DNA from: Octopus sinensis
Lineage: Eukaryota
Reading direction: 5' to 3'
Length of the DNA stretch: 64,000 bases
Assembly: GCF_006345805.1 (NCBI RefSeq)
Contig: NC_043012.1
Location: 29,760,001-29,824,000 of the forward strand
This document shows, in pieces, positions 13,131 through 26,322 of this stretch. Within the stretch, counting starts at the first letter, position 1; each line of letters begins with the position of its first letter. A model generated the notes under the pieces. That model saw only the letters and a program-made list of their open reading frames with translations, did not search any database and was not told the origin of the DNA. A program made the position numbers and the translations under genes.

Positions 13131-13794
13131 AAATTATAATTTTATCAACTATACACATCCTCTTTAGAATGTAAATACATTTTAGAGTGATTTTTCATTT
13201 AGAATGTTTTTCCGTGCTATCAAGTGTTGGATAGGGGACATTTGAAACAGGATTTTATGGCTGGGTGCTCTTGCTGTCACCAACTCTTACCTATTTTTTT
13301 GTCGGCTTTGATTGGTCATAACGTCAGAAAAGAACGAGGAAATCATGTTGGCATTTCACTCAAGTGACACTGCAGAGATAATGGGGAGGCATCGTGAACA
13401 AATATTGCTGGGAATAGATGCGAGGAGCAAAAGCATGTGGGTCACGCACTTTCCTGTAGCATCCATTCTATAAGCAAAACTCAAAATCCTGCTGAAGAGC
13501 CACCCAGGTGCACATAGGGTGTGCAAGCTTCAATGAAGAGTTGGCATCTTCTGATGAGAAGGAGTAATTGACAGAATTATTCTTCTGAGTTGTTCTTCAT
13601 TCTAGGAAAGAGGAAAAGTTTTTGTACATTCATTGTCTGTGGAGGTTCTTTACATTGATAAAGTTTGTTGTCCTTCTTAGACAACCTTATAAGGATTAGA
13701 CTAGGCTTAGATATTGATATCTAATTTTGGGAGATTCTGTGGCATCATCATTGCCATCATTGCCGTCGTCTGCTGCTGGAGAGGACTGATCAGG

Positions 13795-14475
13795 TAAAGG
13801 ACCTGGGTATCTTGGTGGATTACTCCTTTTCGCCTTCGGCCCAGTGCGTCCATGCTGCCAACAAAGCACGCGGAATTCTGTTCTTGATTCGACGGTCATT
13901 CGGAATGCTCACGGCAGCCATATTCCTACCACTCTATGTCACGCTGGTGAGACCCATATTGGAGTATGGGATTCAAACCTCTTCTCCTTATCTCCTCAAA
14001 GACATACAGCATCTCGAAAGAGTCCAGAAGCTGGCTACCCGCATGGTTCATGGTCTCAAAAATTTGTCCTATGAAGAAAGGCTGAGGACGCTCGACCTTT
14101 ATTCTCTTGAAAAACGCCGCCGCCGTGGTGATCTCATTCTCGCCCACAACATCATAAGTGGAAAGTGTAACCTCTCGAAAGAGCTGTTCTTCACTCCTGC
14201 TCCAGAGCGTCGGCTGCGGAGTCATTCCGAAAAGCTCTACCTGCGACGATTTCATCTTAATCGAAGGAGAGGAGCTTTCTCCGTCCGGGTTGCGGATCCG
14301 TGGAACAAGCTGCCAGACGAGATGGTGAAGATGCCGACGACCGCTTTGTTCAAAGCCTCCCTGGACCTCAAGTGGCCTGAACTCTTTACATGAACACCAC
14401 CCTGTACTTAATTCCATGTCCCCCTACATGGCCTTGCTACTTGCTTTTGAGCCAAATTAACTAACTAACTAACTA
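13795..14475 (+). mobile_element. CR1-clade LINE 3' end, 5'-truncated, relatively intact
   Basis: KDLGILVD...LYVTLVRPILEYG..SPYL.KDI..LERVQKLATRMV.GL..LSYEERL..L.L.SLEKRR.RGDLI; stop at 14393; (TAAC)n tail at ~14457-14475. Confidence 0.92.
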
Positions 14476-14499
14476 GCTAACACATCACCATCACCACCA

Positions 14500-15045
14500 C
14501 TACCAGCACCACCACCATCATCATCATCATAATTTAATGTCTGTTTTCCATACTGGTATGGGTCGAACAGTTTAACAGGAACTGGAGAGTCGGGGAGCTG
14601 TCTAGGCTCCATTTGTCTGTCTTGGCATGGTGCCTATGGCTGTATGCCCTTCCTAACTACAACCACTTTCAGAATGTACTGGGTGCCTTTACATGGCACC
14701 AAAAGAGGCACTTTTATGTGGCACTGGCACAGTCACTTTTACATGACACCAGCATCCTCAAGCTTACAAGACTAGGATCTTTTGGTTGAGAGAGGGATGT
14801 TGAGGACAGGTGCCTATATGGCCACAATTCTACTCAGTTCTAATGTGTTTTCTCTGCCAGAAGTGTCAGTCTCTTGTCATCTCCTCTGTGATCCCCAACA
14901 TCTGAAGACCGTTTCTCACCACTTCATGCCATGTCATCCCGGATCTATCCCTTCTACACATACCCTCCACAATTAGTAACCAGAACTTCTTGATGAAGCT
15001 GTCCTCATCCAAGCACATCACATGACCATACCAGTGTAGTTTTAT
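14500..15045 (-). mobile_element. RTE LINE 3' end (ORF C-terminus, 3'UTR, trinucleotide tail)
   Basis: LHWYGHVMCLDEDSFIKK..VEG.C.R.R..TWHEVVR..L..LGITEEMTRD followed by a 3'UTR ending in (CAT/CAC)n on the + strand. Confidence 0.8.
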
Positions 15046-15069
15046 GTATACATATATAAATATATATAA

Positions 15070-15280
15070 CAGGTGCCTCGTCTGGCACCTGTGTCGGTGG
15101 CACATAAAATCACCCACTACACTCTCGGAGTGGTTGGCGTTAGGAAGGGCATCCAGCTGTAGAAACACTGCCAGATCTGACTGGCCTGGTGCAGCCTTCA
15201 AGCTTGCCAGACCCCAGTTGAACCGTCCAACCCATGCTAGCATGGAAAGCGGACGTTAAACGATGATGATGATGATGAGA
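15070..15280 (+). mobile_element. RTE-derived 3'UTR repeat with (GAT)n tail; other copies at ~1-110, 2680-2920, 6215-6330, 7350-7460, 17260-17660, 43840-44035, 59330-59450, 63700-63880
   Basis: Shared core GGAGTGGTTGGCGTTAGGAAGGGCATCCAGC...CCATGCTAGCATGGAAAGCGGACGTTAAACGATGATG, homologous to the 3'UTR of the RTE at 14500-15045. Confidence 0.8.
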
Positions 15281-15899
15281 TATATATATATAAATATATA
15301 TAACGAACCCTGTCCAGTCTGAACTTTCACAAGGCTGACTGAAAGTCAACTGAAAAACAGATACTCCAGCAAAATTGGCTTAAAAGTTTCTCTTTGCAAG
15401 ACACTGAGATGAAACTCATAGAATTTATGTCAATAATGCAAGCTATGTGCATTAAATTTGTCTCAGAGGGGGGGAACTAATACACGCACAAACGTCATTC
15501 TCTGAGACTCTAGAGTCCCCAGAAGATGGAGAATAAAGATCTTAAATCACTTAAATAAACAGCTTAATGGCAGCAAAAGATCCTACGTCAAACTTAAATT
15601 CACCCTTGAGAAAGAAAGTGGAAGAAATATAAATCAATTCAAAAGTCTTCTCCAAGTTTCCAAAAAAGTCTGCTCCAATGAGCTACAAGATAGGGTCACA
15701 GTTTACAGAAAGTAGCTCACAAACTGTGGACACCAGGAAGAAAAGTAAGGTACTCAATAAACGATTCCAAATTGTTTTCACATCTTCACAGACAAATATG
15801 CAAATAAGGAAAACCTGATGAGTTCTTCAATATCACAGATCCATATTGGTAAGAGAAAACCATTGGTTATGTTGACATAAAAAAGCTGGGTGTAATATT

Positions 15900-16590
15900 A
15901 GCCACTGATATGATGAACTTGAACTAAACAATGAGCTCCAATAGCTTTTCTGGCTGTTCTTTTAAAGACAGGCAAGAAAGTTCTTACAAAAACCACTACA
16001 GACACTTTTCAGAGTTTCCTTGCATGTTAAAAGAAGGTAAGCTATGCCCTGTCCATAAAGAAAGAAGCAAAACAGACGCTAAAAATTACAAGCTTATCTC
16101 TAACTTCACATGTTAGCAAAGTGATGTGAGAAGGCAGTTGATCCCATTCCTAGAAGAAAATAACTTGCTTACAAACATGTAACATGGTTTCCGCCCAGGG
16201 TGGAGCTGCCTCACACAGCTGCTACAACATTAAGATCAAGTACTGAAAGAACAGCTCAACCATTCAAATGTGGATGAGATATATCTCGACTTTGCCAAGG
16301 CCTTTGGCAAAGTTGATTATAAGATGATATTTCACAGAATGCATGGCTTTGGTATGTCTGGAAAACTAGGAGAGTTGCAGCATGTCTTTATAAAAAGCAG
16401 AAGTTAGACCATTGGAGCCAAAGGGCTCTCTCTGAGGGGATTCACTTTTTGGCGGATTCCCTCAGGGAACTGTACTGGGACCACTATTGCTTGTGGTGGC
16501 TTGCACAGACATACCCTTAGCCATACGGTCAGCCATTTGCACCAGCTGTGCTGATGGTACAAAAGTATCACAGGCAGTCAAGGACCCTGA
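15900..16590 (+). mobile_element. CR1/L2-type LINE RT core, decayed
   Basis: NYKLIS, HGFRPGWSCLTQLL, IYLDFAKAFGKVD, GIPQGTVLGPLL and ADGTK (for ADDTK) remnants with stops and frameshifts. Confidence 0.8.
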
Positions 16591-17758
16591 TGCTTGCACA
16601 TGTGTGTGTGTATATGTGTGCACATATGTGTGTGTGTGCGCATGTGTGTGCGTGCGCATGTGTGTGCATGTGTGTGTTTGGTGCTTTGACATCATGTGAT
16701 TGCTACATTATACAAGCAGTGTCCTTCATTTCCAATTTTTGACGAAACATGGCTGGGCTTAGAAAATCTGTTTCAATGAATTCCATCTGACCCATGCAAG
16801 CTTGGAAAACTGGACATTAAATGATGATGGTAATGATATATTATTTACACATACACAATATATAGATAGATATATGTTATTCTCGCTTCAGCTCACAGTT
16901 GAAGCTCTGAAATAGGTCAGAGGCACTACCATTCCTGCCCTGACTCAGTCTTTCAAAGAAACAAAGCAAATATTTTCAATGTTGTAAATAAATGAGATTA
17001 ATAGTCCGTGAAATTATAAAGCAACCATTTTCATTGTCAATAGTTTAGTTTTGCAGGTGGGTTCATTCCTATGGCCTTCTCTATGGCTCCAGGGAGATAG
17101 GTTTCTCACTTGTTTCATATCTAAATTGAGAAGCTGCTTACACATGGCACACATGATGATGTTAAGGATTTATCAACTCCTTGCTGTCCCCTTTCAATGT
17201 AAATTTGTCCAAGATGTTAGAAACTAGAGATCTCAATAGAAAGGTTGCAGCTGTTATCATCATCATCATCATCATCACCACCAGCTTCACCATTATACCC
17301 ATGTTCCATATTGCATAGGTTGGATTCAGGGCCAGCCCTAGGGTGCTGGCACCCCGGACAAGCTGAACTTTGGCATGTACAAACTGACAGCTGTGGAAAT
17401 TTTCTTGTTTTTGTCATGGCCACATTGATGCCCCCTAGCACATGGTGCTCTGAGCAACTGCCCGAGTTGCAGGTACCTTGAGCTGGCCCCGGTTGGATTG
17501 CTTGACAGGACCCAATAGGTCCGACAATTGCATCATTTCAATACCTGTTTTAGTGTGGTTGCTATGGCTGGATGCTCTTCCCCTTCTTAATGCCAACCAT
17601 TTTACAGCATGTACTGAGTGCTTTATATGGGCCACCAGCACTAGTGAGGTTACCAAACAGCCCACAAGACTACAAAACAAAACCTAAGCTAAAGTAATGT
17701 TCCTGGTGATGAAACTACAACAAAACAATTGTGGTGTTATGCAAGAAAGTGTATATAG

Positions 17759-18095
17759 GAAGGCACATGGCTCAGTGGTTAGAGTGTCGAACTTACGACT
17801 GTGAGGTTGTGAGTTCGAATCCCGGACCGAGCTGCGTGTTATGTTCTTGAGCAAGACACTTTATTTCACATTGCTCCAGTTCACTCAGCTGTAGAAATGA
17901 GTTGCAACATCACAGGTGCCAAGCTGTATCGGCCCCTTTGCCTTTCCCTTGGATAATATCGGTGGCATGGAGAGGGAAGGCCTGTATGCATGGGTGACTG
18001 CTGGTCTTCCATAAACAACCTTGCCCGGGCTTGTGCCTCGGAGGGTAACTTTCTAGGTGCAGTCCCATGATCATTCGTAACCGAAGGGGGTCTCT
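17759..18095 (+). mobile_element. tRNA-derived SINE family C (partial copy ~29425-29710)
   Basis: TGGCTCAGTGG A-box and GAGTTCGAATCCC B-box, then TTGAGCAAGACACTT...CACTCAGCTGTAGAAATGAGT, which resembles a conserved central SINE domain. Confidence 0.8.
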
Positions 18096-18606
18096 GCATA
18101 TATATATATCTATATATCCATATATATAGATATATATACACACACACTGCTTGAGTCATCTAAGAGACCATAAGTCAGGGAGAAGATACATTCACATAAC
18201 TCAGTAGAGTGGGTATATTATTCAAATTTTATACTATTAAGTATCCATCATGGCTGGTCTTACCAATCAGTTTTTGCACAAAAAATATCAAGGAGTGTTA
18301 GGTAACAATTCAATTATATAAATATGCTCATCAGAGGTAGTTGACATAGAAGGGAATAAGGCGATTGCTCTCCACTGCTGGAGGTGGATTAGCATGATTG
18401 GTTGGCATCAGCTGTAAGAAGATGGTGGAATGAAAAGAAGTCCAGGGGATTTGGTTAGGAGTTATGTCCCTTGGTTAGGTATGTTATGCAGTCAGCAAGA
18501 GTTATCTTGAAGTGAGGAAAGTTTGTATTTATAATGTGGTGCTTCTGTGTGTGTGTGTGGGGGGTATGTGTAGTGGTGTCAAATGTATACATTTTTCTGG
18601 GCGTGT

Positions 18607-18658
<52 letters not shown>

Positions 18659-19039
18659 CGCTGTGTTCATTGTTCTGTTTTCTTTTTGTAAAGGATAAAA
18701 CTGGTTTTTTTTTTATATATTAGTGTGTGGTGTGTAATGTATAATGTGTGTGTATGGGGTTTGTTTATATGTGGGGGTACAATTTGTGTGAGGGGGTATG
18801 TGCTGAGAGTGGTGGCAGATAGTTATATACAGGGTGTGCATATGTGTACATGGGTGCAAAGATGTGTGTCTTGGTCAAACTCTTTTTGCTGGGTCCAAGG
18901 GCATTGTGTGGAAGGTCATTTCCTGAAGGTTGAGGCAGGGGACCTGTGTTTGCAGTCACAGTGGGTCACGCAGGTATGATAGAATGTACTTTCTTTCATG
19001 TGGACAAGGATTAAACATCTCACTCCTGCTATTGAGGTA

Positions 19040-19840
19040 AACAACCGGGCATTAGGTACCTTTTAAAATTGTTCTCTTCTCAGCTAGACATAATCTGCAT
19101 TTCTTGCTACTATTGAAGTATGGCTTGCATCTTTCTATGATCTTCCACTTTATGCTGTACTCCATGGTGTTTTCTTTTAAAGCCCAGATGTGCTTGGCTA
19201 GGGCTGTGGCGTTACATCTCTCTGGGATGTTGAATGAGGACTTGTTGTAATTATAGCGGGTTCTGAAGGGGCCTTCTATTGCCCCCACATATTTCCACAT
19301 GCTCAGTTGTCCATTGGGTCCTCTTGCTGTTACTTCTGCCTCGTATACAACTGTTTCCATATTGCATTGGCTGCTTAGTGGACAAGTTGTGCCACCCCTA
19401 CATGAGCATTCTTCTTCAGTCTTGGGTTTGGGTCTACCTACTAAAATCTTTATCACACTAGGTTCACAGCTAAAGGACAATCTCAGGGTATATCTATTAA
19501 AGATTTTGTAGAATCTATCGGCACGGGGGAAGTGTCTATCAATTAAACTAAGGAAGATCTTACTTACTCGGGTCCTAACATTTAAAGAGAATGGCAGTGT
19601 GAACCACAGTACTTTCCAGTGGTGCTTTCTCTTGATGAGGCTTGGGTATGGCATGTAACTAACTATCCTCAAACCCGCTGGCAGCCAGAGCCTGGTTGTA
19701 GTATGGGGTGGCAGCTTGAAGACAAGCTGGAGATTCTCCTGCTGACACCCTTATCCAGCTTCCTGAACACTATGGCTGGATGGCAGGAATCTGTGTTGAT
19801 GTAAGACAACTTTTCATTTGGTTTCCTAAAGTACCTATAG
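19040..19840 (-). mobile_element. Penelope-like element 3' part: RT thumb plus GIY-YIG endonuclease
   Basis: RKPNEKLSYINTDSCHP..RRISSLSS, then WFTLPFS..KIFNR..CSCR..CPL..VVYEAEV...YVGAIEGPFRTRY..KHIWALK..IKWKII..CRLCLAEK, the typical PLE GIY-YIG domain. Confidence 0.9.
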
Positions 19841-19881
19841 GCACCATCATCATCATCATCATTATCACCACCACCACCACC

Positions 19882-19931
<50 letters not shown>

Positions 19932-20056
19932 ATATACAAGTATATTGATGCAAATAGGAAAATAGAACTCAAAATATGGTGTATATGTATATTTTTATTG
20001 AAGGCCTGAGTTTCATATGATGGCACTTATATACATATATAATATAATATAATATG

Positions 20057-20097
<41 letters not shown>

Positions 20098-20622
20098 GAG
20101 GCGCAGTAGCTCAGTGGTTAGGTCGTAGGATCGCGGTTTTGATTCCCAGACCAGGTGCTGTGAGTGTTTATTGAGCGAAATTTACCTAAAGCTCCACGAG
20201 GCTCCAGCAGGGGGGGGGGGGGCGATCACTCCTGTACTCTCTCTCCGCAACTTTCTCTCACTCTTTCTTCTGTTGACCTGCTCGCTTAGCCAGCGGGGTG
20301 GCGTCATTTGGAGGCTAAAACAATGCAAAGCGCATTGTGACCAGTGATATGTAGCAACATCTGATAGCCTGGTCAGTTACAGTGATATATATATATATAC
20401 AAGGGGAGAATTCACAAAAAAACAAGACGAAGACAGGTGGTGTAGACATATGTGTATGTGTGTGTGTGTGGTAAGAAGCTTGCTTACCAACCACATGGTT
20501 CTGGGTCCAGTCCCACTGCGTGGCATTGTGGGTAAGTGTCTTCTACTATAGCCTCAGGCCAACCAAAGCTTTGTGAGTGGATTTGGTAGACAGAAACTGA
20601 AAGAAGCTAGTCGTATATATAT

Positions 20623-20655
<33 letters not shown>

Positions 20656-20834
20656 ATAATAAATATTAGGGAATAAATCCAAATTTACAGGGAAAAAAAT
20701 CAGATTTAGGATTAAATCCAATTTTATAGTAAAATATTATAAAATATTATTAGAGACAAAACCACTATTTTGCAAAACAAACAAGGAAAGACTTAATCAA
20801 TACATAAAATTTTAATAAATAGTCAAAAAAACCG

Positions 20835-20877
20835 CCACTACAATCGTTTCATGTCTTGATCGACAATCTTCAGGTGG
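20835..20877 (-). ncRNA. Minimal type I hammerhead ribozyme motif (left arm of palindrome)
   Basis: Inverted copy of 20928-20970 differing at one base (stem II base TTGTC/GACAT, a U.U mismatch). Confidence 0.65.
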
Positions 20878-20927
20878 ACTTCCAATATGTCAGTTTCAAA
20901 TTAATTTGAAACTGACATATTGGAAGT

Positions 20928-20970
20928 CCACCTGAAGATTGTCGATCAAGACAAGAAACGATTGTAGTGG
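20928..20970 (+). ncRNA. Minimal type I hammerhead ribozyme motif (right arm of palindrome)
   Basis: Stem I CCAC/GTGG; CTGAAGA; stem II TTGTC-GATCAA-GACAA; GAAA; stem III ACGATTGT (self-complementary with G.U); GUA triplet at 20964-20966. Confidence 0.75.
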
Positions 20971-21063
20971 CGGTTTTTTTGACTATTTATTAAAATTTTA
21001 TGTATTGATTAAGTCTTTCCTTGTTTGTTTTGCAAAATAGTGGTTTTGTCTCTAATAATATTT

Positions 21064-21097
<34 letters not shown>

Positions 21098-21130
21098 AAT
21101 ATATATATATATAATATATATATATATATT

Positions 21131-21190
<60 letters not shown>

Positions 21191-21217
21191 ATATATATAC
21201 ATATATATACTCTTTTT

Positions 21218-21610
21218 ACTCTCTTTTACTTGTTTCAATCATTTGACTGCGGCCATGCTGGAGCACCGCCTTTAGTCGAGCAAATCGACCCCGGGACTTA
21301 TTTTTGTAAGCCCAGTACTTATTCTGTCGGTCTCTTTTGCCGAACCGCTAAGTGATGGGGACGTAAACACACCAGCATCGGTTGTCAAGCAATGCTAAGG
21401 GGACAAACACAGACACACAAACACACATATACACATATATATACATATATACGACAGGCTTCTTTCAGTTTCCGTCTACTAAATCCACTCACAAGGCATT
21501 GGTCGGCCCGGGGCTATAGCAGAAGACACTTGCCCAAGATGCCACGCAGTGGGACTGAACCCGGAACCATGTGGTTGGTTAGCAAGCTACTTATCACACA
21601 GCCACTCCTG
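21218..21610 (-). mobile_element. tRNA-derived SINE family A, full length
   Basis: Reverse complement of 30180-30570. Partial copies at ~608-690, 20455-20615 and 21695-21852. Confidence 0.85.
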
Positions 21611-21622
21611 CGCGTATATATA

Positions 21623-21677
<55 letters not shown>

Positions 21678-21860
21678 ATATATGTATATGCTTGTGTGTT
21701 TATGTCCCCATAACTTAGCTGTTTGGCAAAAAAACCCGATAGAAAAAGTACTAGGCTTACAAAGAATAAGTCCTGGGGTCGATTTGTTCGACTAAAGGCG
21801 GTGCTCCAGCATGGCCACAGCCAAATAACTGAAACGAATGAAAGAAAAGAATAAAAGAAT

Positions 21861-21894
<34 letters not shown>

Positions 21895-22221
21895 ATATAT
21901 ATATATATATAATATATATATATATTTACACACACACACACATACGTATGTACATGTGTGTATGTGTGTGTGCGTAGTTCCATATAAAAATATGTATTCA
22001 TGTTAAACTATGTGGTAGAGTTGTTGATAGTGGTTATGATGATGATGATGATGATGGTTTCAACAGTAGGGAAAATGGTGATGATGATGGCAGAGTATGA
22101 CAATGATGGTGGTGGTGGCTCTATTTCTACTCCCAATTTCTCTTCAAGCGAAAACATTTGAGTGGGTGTATGTGTAAACTGTATACACGCACATGTACAT
22201 GTGTGTGAGTATGTATGTGTT

Positions 22222-22281
<60 letters not shown>

Positions 22282-22344
22282 CATATATTTATGTGTGTGT
22301 GTATGCATATATATATATACATACATACATATGTGTGTGTGATA

Positions 22345-22371
22345 GATGGATGGATGAATGGTTGGATGGAG

Positions 22372-22445
<74 letters not shown>

Positions 22446-22466
22446 ATAGATAGATAGATAGATAGG

Positions 22467-22525
<59 letters not shown>

Positions 22526-22557
22526 GTAGATAGATAGATGGATGGATGGATGGATGG

Positions 22558-22625
<68 letters not shown>

Positions 22626-22646
22626 GGATGGATGGATGGATGGATG

Positions 22647-22692
<46 letters not shown>

Positions 22693-22770
22693 CAGATAGA
22701 TAGATAGGTGGATAGATAGATAGGTAGATAGATAGATAGATGGATGGATGGATGGATGGATGGATAGATA
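22345..22770 (+). repeat. (GATA)n/(GGAT)n tetranucleotide array
   Basis: Direct inspection. Confidence 0.95.
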
Positions 22771-23094
22771 GCTAGAATTTGGATGTACACTGTCAAATGC
22801 CACTTGTAAGAGGGAAAGAATGCCAAAGCTTTGGAGAATAAAGATTTTATTGGGGAAAATGGATTGATCAATACCAGAACACACACACACAACCCATACA
22901 TACATACAACCATAGATACAAACACACATACACATACATATATATATACATACTAAGTGAGTTTTTCCCTCATCCTTTAACTATTTTTCTCAATGGATTT
23001 TTGCTATTCATTACATTAGGATATGTTGACAGAAAACCTAATTATTGTCTTTAATGTGTATAACGTCGCTCTCTAATTAACCCCTATGATCTTA

Positions 23095-23126
<32 letters not shown>

Positions 23127-23199
23127 AGTGCGTGTGCGTGCGTATCTGTTTATTTATTTATTTATTTTGCTAATCTTTTGAAGCCACAGGAGAGAAAAG

Positions 23200-23358
23200 A
23201 GAGAGAGAAAGAGAATCTCCGTTCCGCTCCCTCCAACTCTTAGCCGTCGCCGGTTTTCAACGGAGATAGCCGAACACTGAAGTCGATGTTATCCGGCGAT
23301 TGGCGGAATCAGGTAAACATGGCTGCGCCCTATAAGCCTTGCTAGCGACAGTGTAAGT
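23200..23358 (+). promoter_or_regulatory. Putative promoter / short first exon
   Basis: Local CpG enrichment in CpG-poor DNA, inverted CCAAT (GATTGG 23298-23303), YY1-like AACATGGC (23316-23323), upstream GA repeat and a strong donor GTAAGT at 23353. Linkage to the ZNF gene is inferred only. Confidence 0.4.
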
Positions 23359-24969
23359 AAAAGAGATTTCCATTTCATTTTATAAACACACTGGATGTGT
23401 ATATGTGGCTGTATATATTGTATATTATGTCATATCATGTATGTGTTGTATATAGACTGATATTTAGTGTGCGGTAACGGAGACGTTGGAGAGATTTAAC
23501 ATGTCTCTATTTGTGGTTTTGTTCAGTTTTTTTTAGATTTATTTTAATTTTTAAATTTTTTTTTGAGATTGCTGAAAACCATTTTATTAAAGGCGCACAC
23601 ACATGTATATATGTGTGTATATAAATATATACACACATATGTATATATATTTACATTAGCGCGCACACAATGTATATGTGTGTATATATTATATATATAT
23701 ATGTGTGTGTGTGTAAATATACACACACTCACACACATAGAAAGGTGTGTATATTTAAATAGTTATATAATGACATCAATATATACATGCGTATGTGTGT
23801 AGATGTGTGTGAATATGAAATTACTAATCGACGAAGAAGACTTAGAACTTTTAATTCAGTTTTGATCGTTCGTAGAAGTGTGTGTATGGATATATATATA
23901 TATATATATGTGTGTGTGTATGTATGTATCCATGCTTGTGTGTATATGTATACATTAGAGTATATTTATAAATATGTATGCGTGTATGCACGCCCTTGGT
24001 TGGAACAATAAATGTGTTTCTGTGTGCGCGCGTGTATATATATATATATGTGTGTGTGTGTGTAATCTGTACATATATCTGTTCGCAGTTTATTTGTTGC
24101 CAAATGAGAAGGAAGTGAAATATAAATTGTCGCTATTGTTTAATCCCAGGTAAACCCTGATTGTTCACTTCTGTTATTGAAGGCGTTCCAACTGCAACCA
24201 TCGCTCCTTTCATGTATATCTACCTTGGAGTATACTGGTCAACATGTTGGTCTCTTGAAAGACCGGTAGGTTATGATTGGAGTGAATTTGGCTGTTATTT
24301 TCAGCAGGTCGTGTGACCGCCTACTGGTACGTGAAGTAGTTTTACACCGTGGGTGTCTGTGTGGGTGTGCAGATATTTTTTAATCACACACACACACATA
24401 TATACACGTGTGTCTCTGCATCTATGTATGTATATATGCATGTGTTTGTGTGTGGCTGTCACACTCATACACAAAGAATATAAGACAGTCCAAACATGAA
24501 CTGAAGGGTCATTCGAAACATTCAAGTACATTATAAAATTTATTCTCGCCATACTAAAGGCTGACAGTGATTTCGAAGGTTCGCCGATCATAGCTTTGTC
24601 AGATTGTGAGTGTGTGTGTGTACATACAAATCTTGGGAATTTTCTTAAAAATGGGACAAATGAATCGCTTCTTTATTAAACAATTATATATTTATACACG
24701 TGTGTATATAATTACACATTACACACATACATACAAGTATACACACACACATAAATATACATGTATGTGTGTGTGTATGAGGTAGTCTTTGTTTACATCA
24801 TATTCCCCTTTATAAAAATCAATACATCTATATATCTAGTGTGTATACATGTATACGTGTGTATTATGGCTGTGTAATCTGTATGTGCCTACAAAATATT
24901 TTTCCTATAAATTTTCGTTTCTTTCGAATATTTCTTCCTTCTCTCGTTCTTTTCATAAACTTGTATCAC

Positions 24970-25109
24970 CCATCCATCCCTCTATCTATCTATCTACCTA
25001 TCCATCCATCCCTCTGTCTATCTATCCACTCATCCCTCTATCTATCTACCTATCCATCCATCCCTCTATTTATCTATCCATCCACCCACCCCTCTGTCTA
25101 TCTATCTAC

Positions 25110-25162
<53 letters not shown>

Positions 25163-25368
25163 CACTCATCCCTCTGTCTCTCTCAATCTAGCTATCTATC
25201 CCTCTGTCTATCTATCTATCTACATATCCATCTATCTATCTATCCATCCATCTATCTATCTATCTATCTATCTATTCATCCATCTATCTATCTATCTATC
25301 TAGCTATCTATCTACCTATCCATCCATCCATCCATCCATCCATCCATCATCTATCTATCTATCTATCC
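24970..25368 (+). repeat. (TATC)n/(TCCA)n tetranucleotide array (inverse of 22345-22770)
   Basis: Direct inspection. Confidence 0.95.
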
Positions 25369-25494
25369 GCATGTGTGTGAGTGTATAAGTACACATACAT
25401 GTGTATAATAAGTGTGTGTGTGTGTGTTATATTTGTATATGTGCTCAGTTGTATGTGTTATGTCAGTTGTGTGTGCGTGTTGAGTTTTATGATT

Positions 25495-25551
<57 letters not shown>

Positions 25552-26290
25552 AGAGAGAGAGAGAGGAGAGAGAGAGATTATAGTGTGTGCGTTTGTAGTT
25601 AAAGCTATAGTCTTTACATTGATGTTTCTTCCACCCATAAGTTCCACATCTTCGTCTGTGTTTTCTTCGGTAACTGGTTTAGTTTTTCTTCTCTCCTAAT
25701 CTTATATCTATCGTTCACACACACTCACGCATTTATTTATTTTCATTTCTTAACTGTTCACGAATCTTTTGTGTTGCTAAAATCTTCGAAATCTGACAAT
25801 TTCTCAGCACCAACCCCTAGTAACCGCCAACAACACCAATACGGCCCCACCCGCATTCTGAATGACGGGGGTACAGCGGCACCCTGATTGACACACACAC
25901 ACACACAACAATCACGTACTTTATTTCTGCCGCTTTCGTTTGATTTTACAAAATACACAAATCTAACGTGGATTAAGAACATACATACGCATTAACGTAT
26001 ATAAATAGTACGTGTATGTATACACATACACACACACACGTGTGTATGTATACACATACACACACAAGCATCAGCTTTCTTTGTTTTTCCGCTCTTTTTT
26101 AATCATACACATCCGTATATATCTGCAAATATAACTATATATATATATTCTCCGACACATCGTCATATACGAGACACACACACAATCATGTAAACTCAAA
26201 ACGTAAACACACAGCGATATATATTCCAACACGCACACACATGTATGCATATATACATATAGTCATACACACGCACATATCTACCCCGTT

Positions 26291-26322
<32 letters not shown>

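Larger units (their letters stand above)
20738..21067. repeat. 330-bp spacerless palindrome (165-bp arms, one mismatch)
   Basis: Centre between 20902 and 20903 (tttcaaatt|aatttgaaa). Arms are complementary out to 20738/21067; the only mismatch found is A20851/A20954. Confidence 0.95.

Noticed and set aside
17759-17830. tRNA-like sequences (also ~4910-4982, 30180-30250, 31370-31441)
   Set aside because: They are SINE heads: no complete acceptor stem, and they continue into shared SINE bodies.
18290-18336. Minus-strand CTGATGAGCATAT... downstream of the Penelope endonuclease
   Set aside because: Stem II and GAAA are degenerate and stem I does not pair.
22345-25368. Inverted GATA/TATC arrays as a functional foldback
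   Set aside because: These are common microsatellites, and the putative promoter lies between them, so co-transcription is doubtful.
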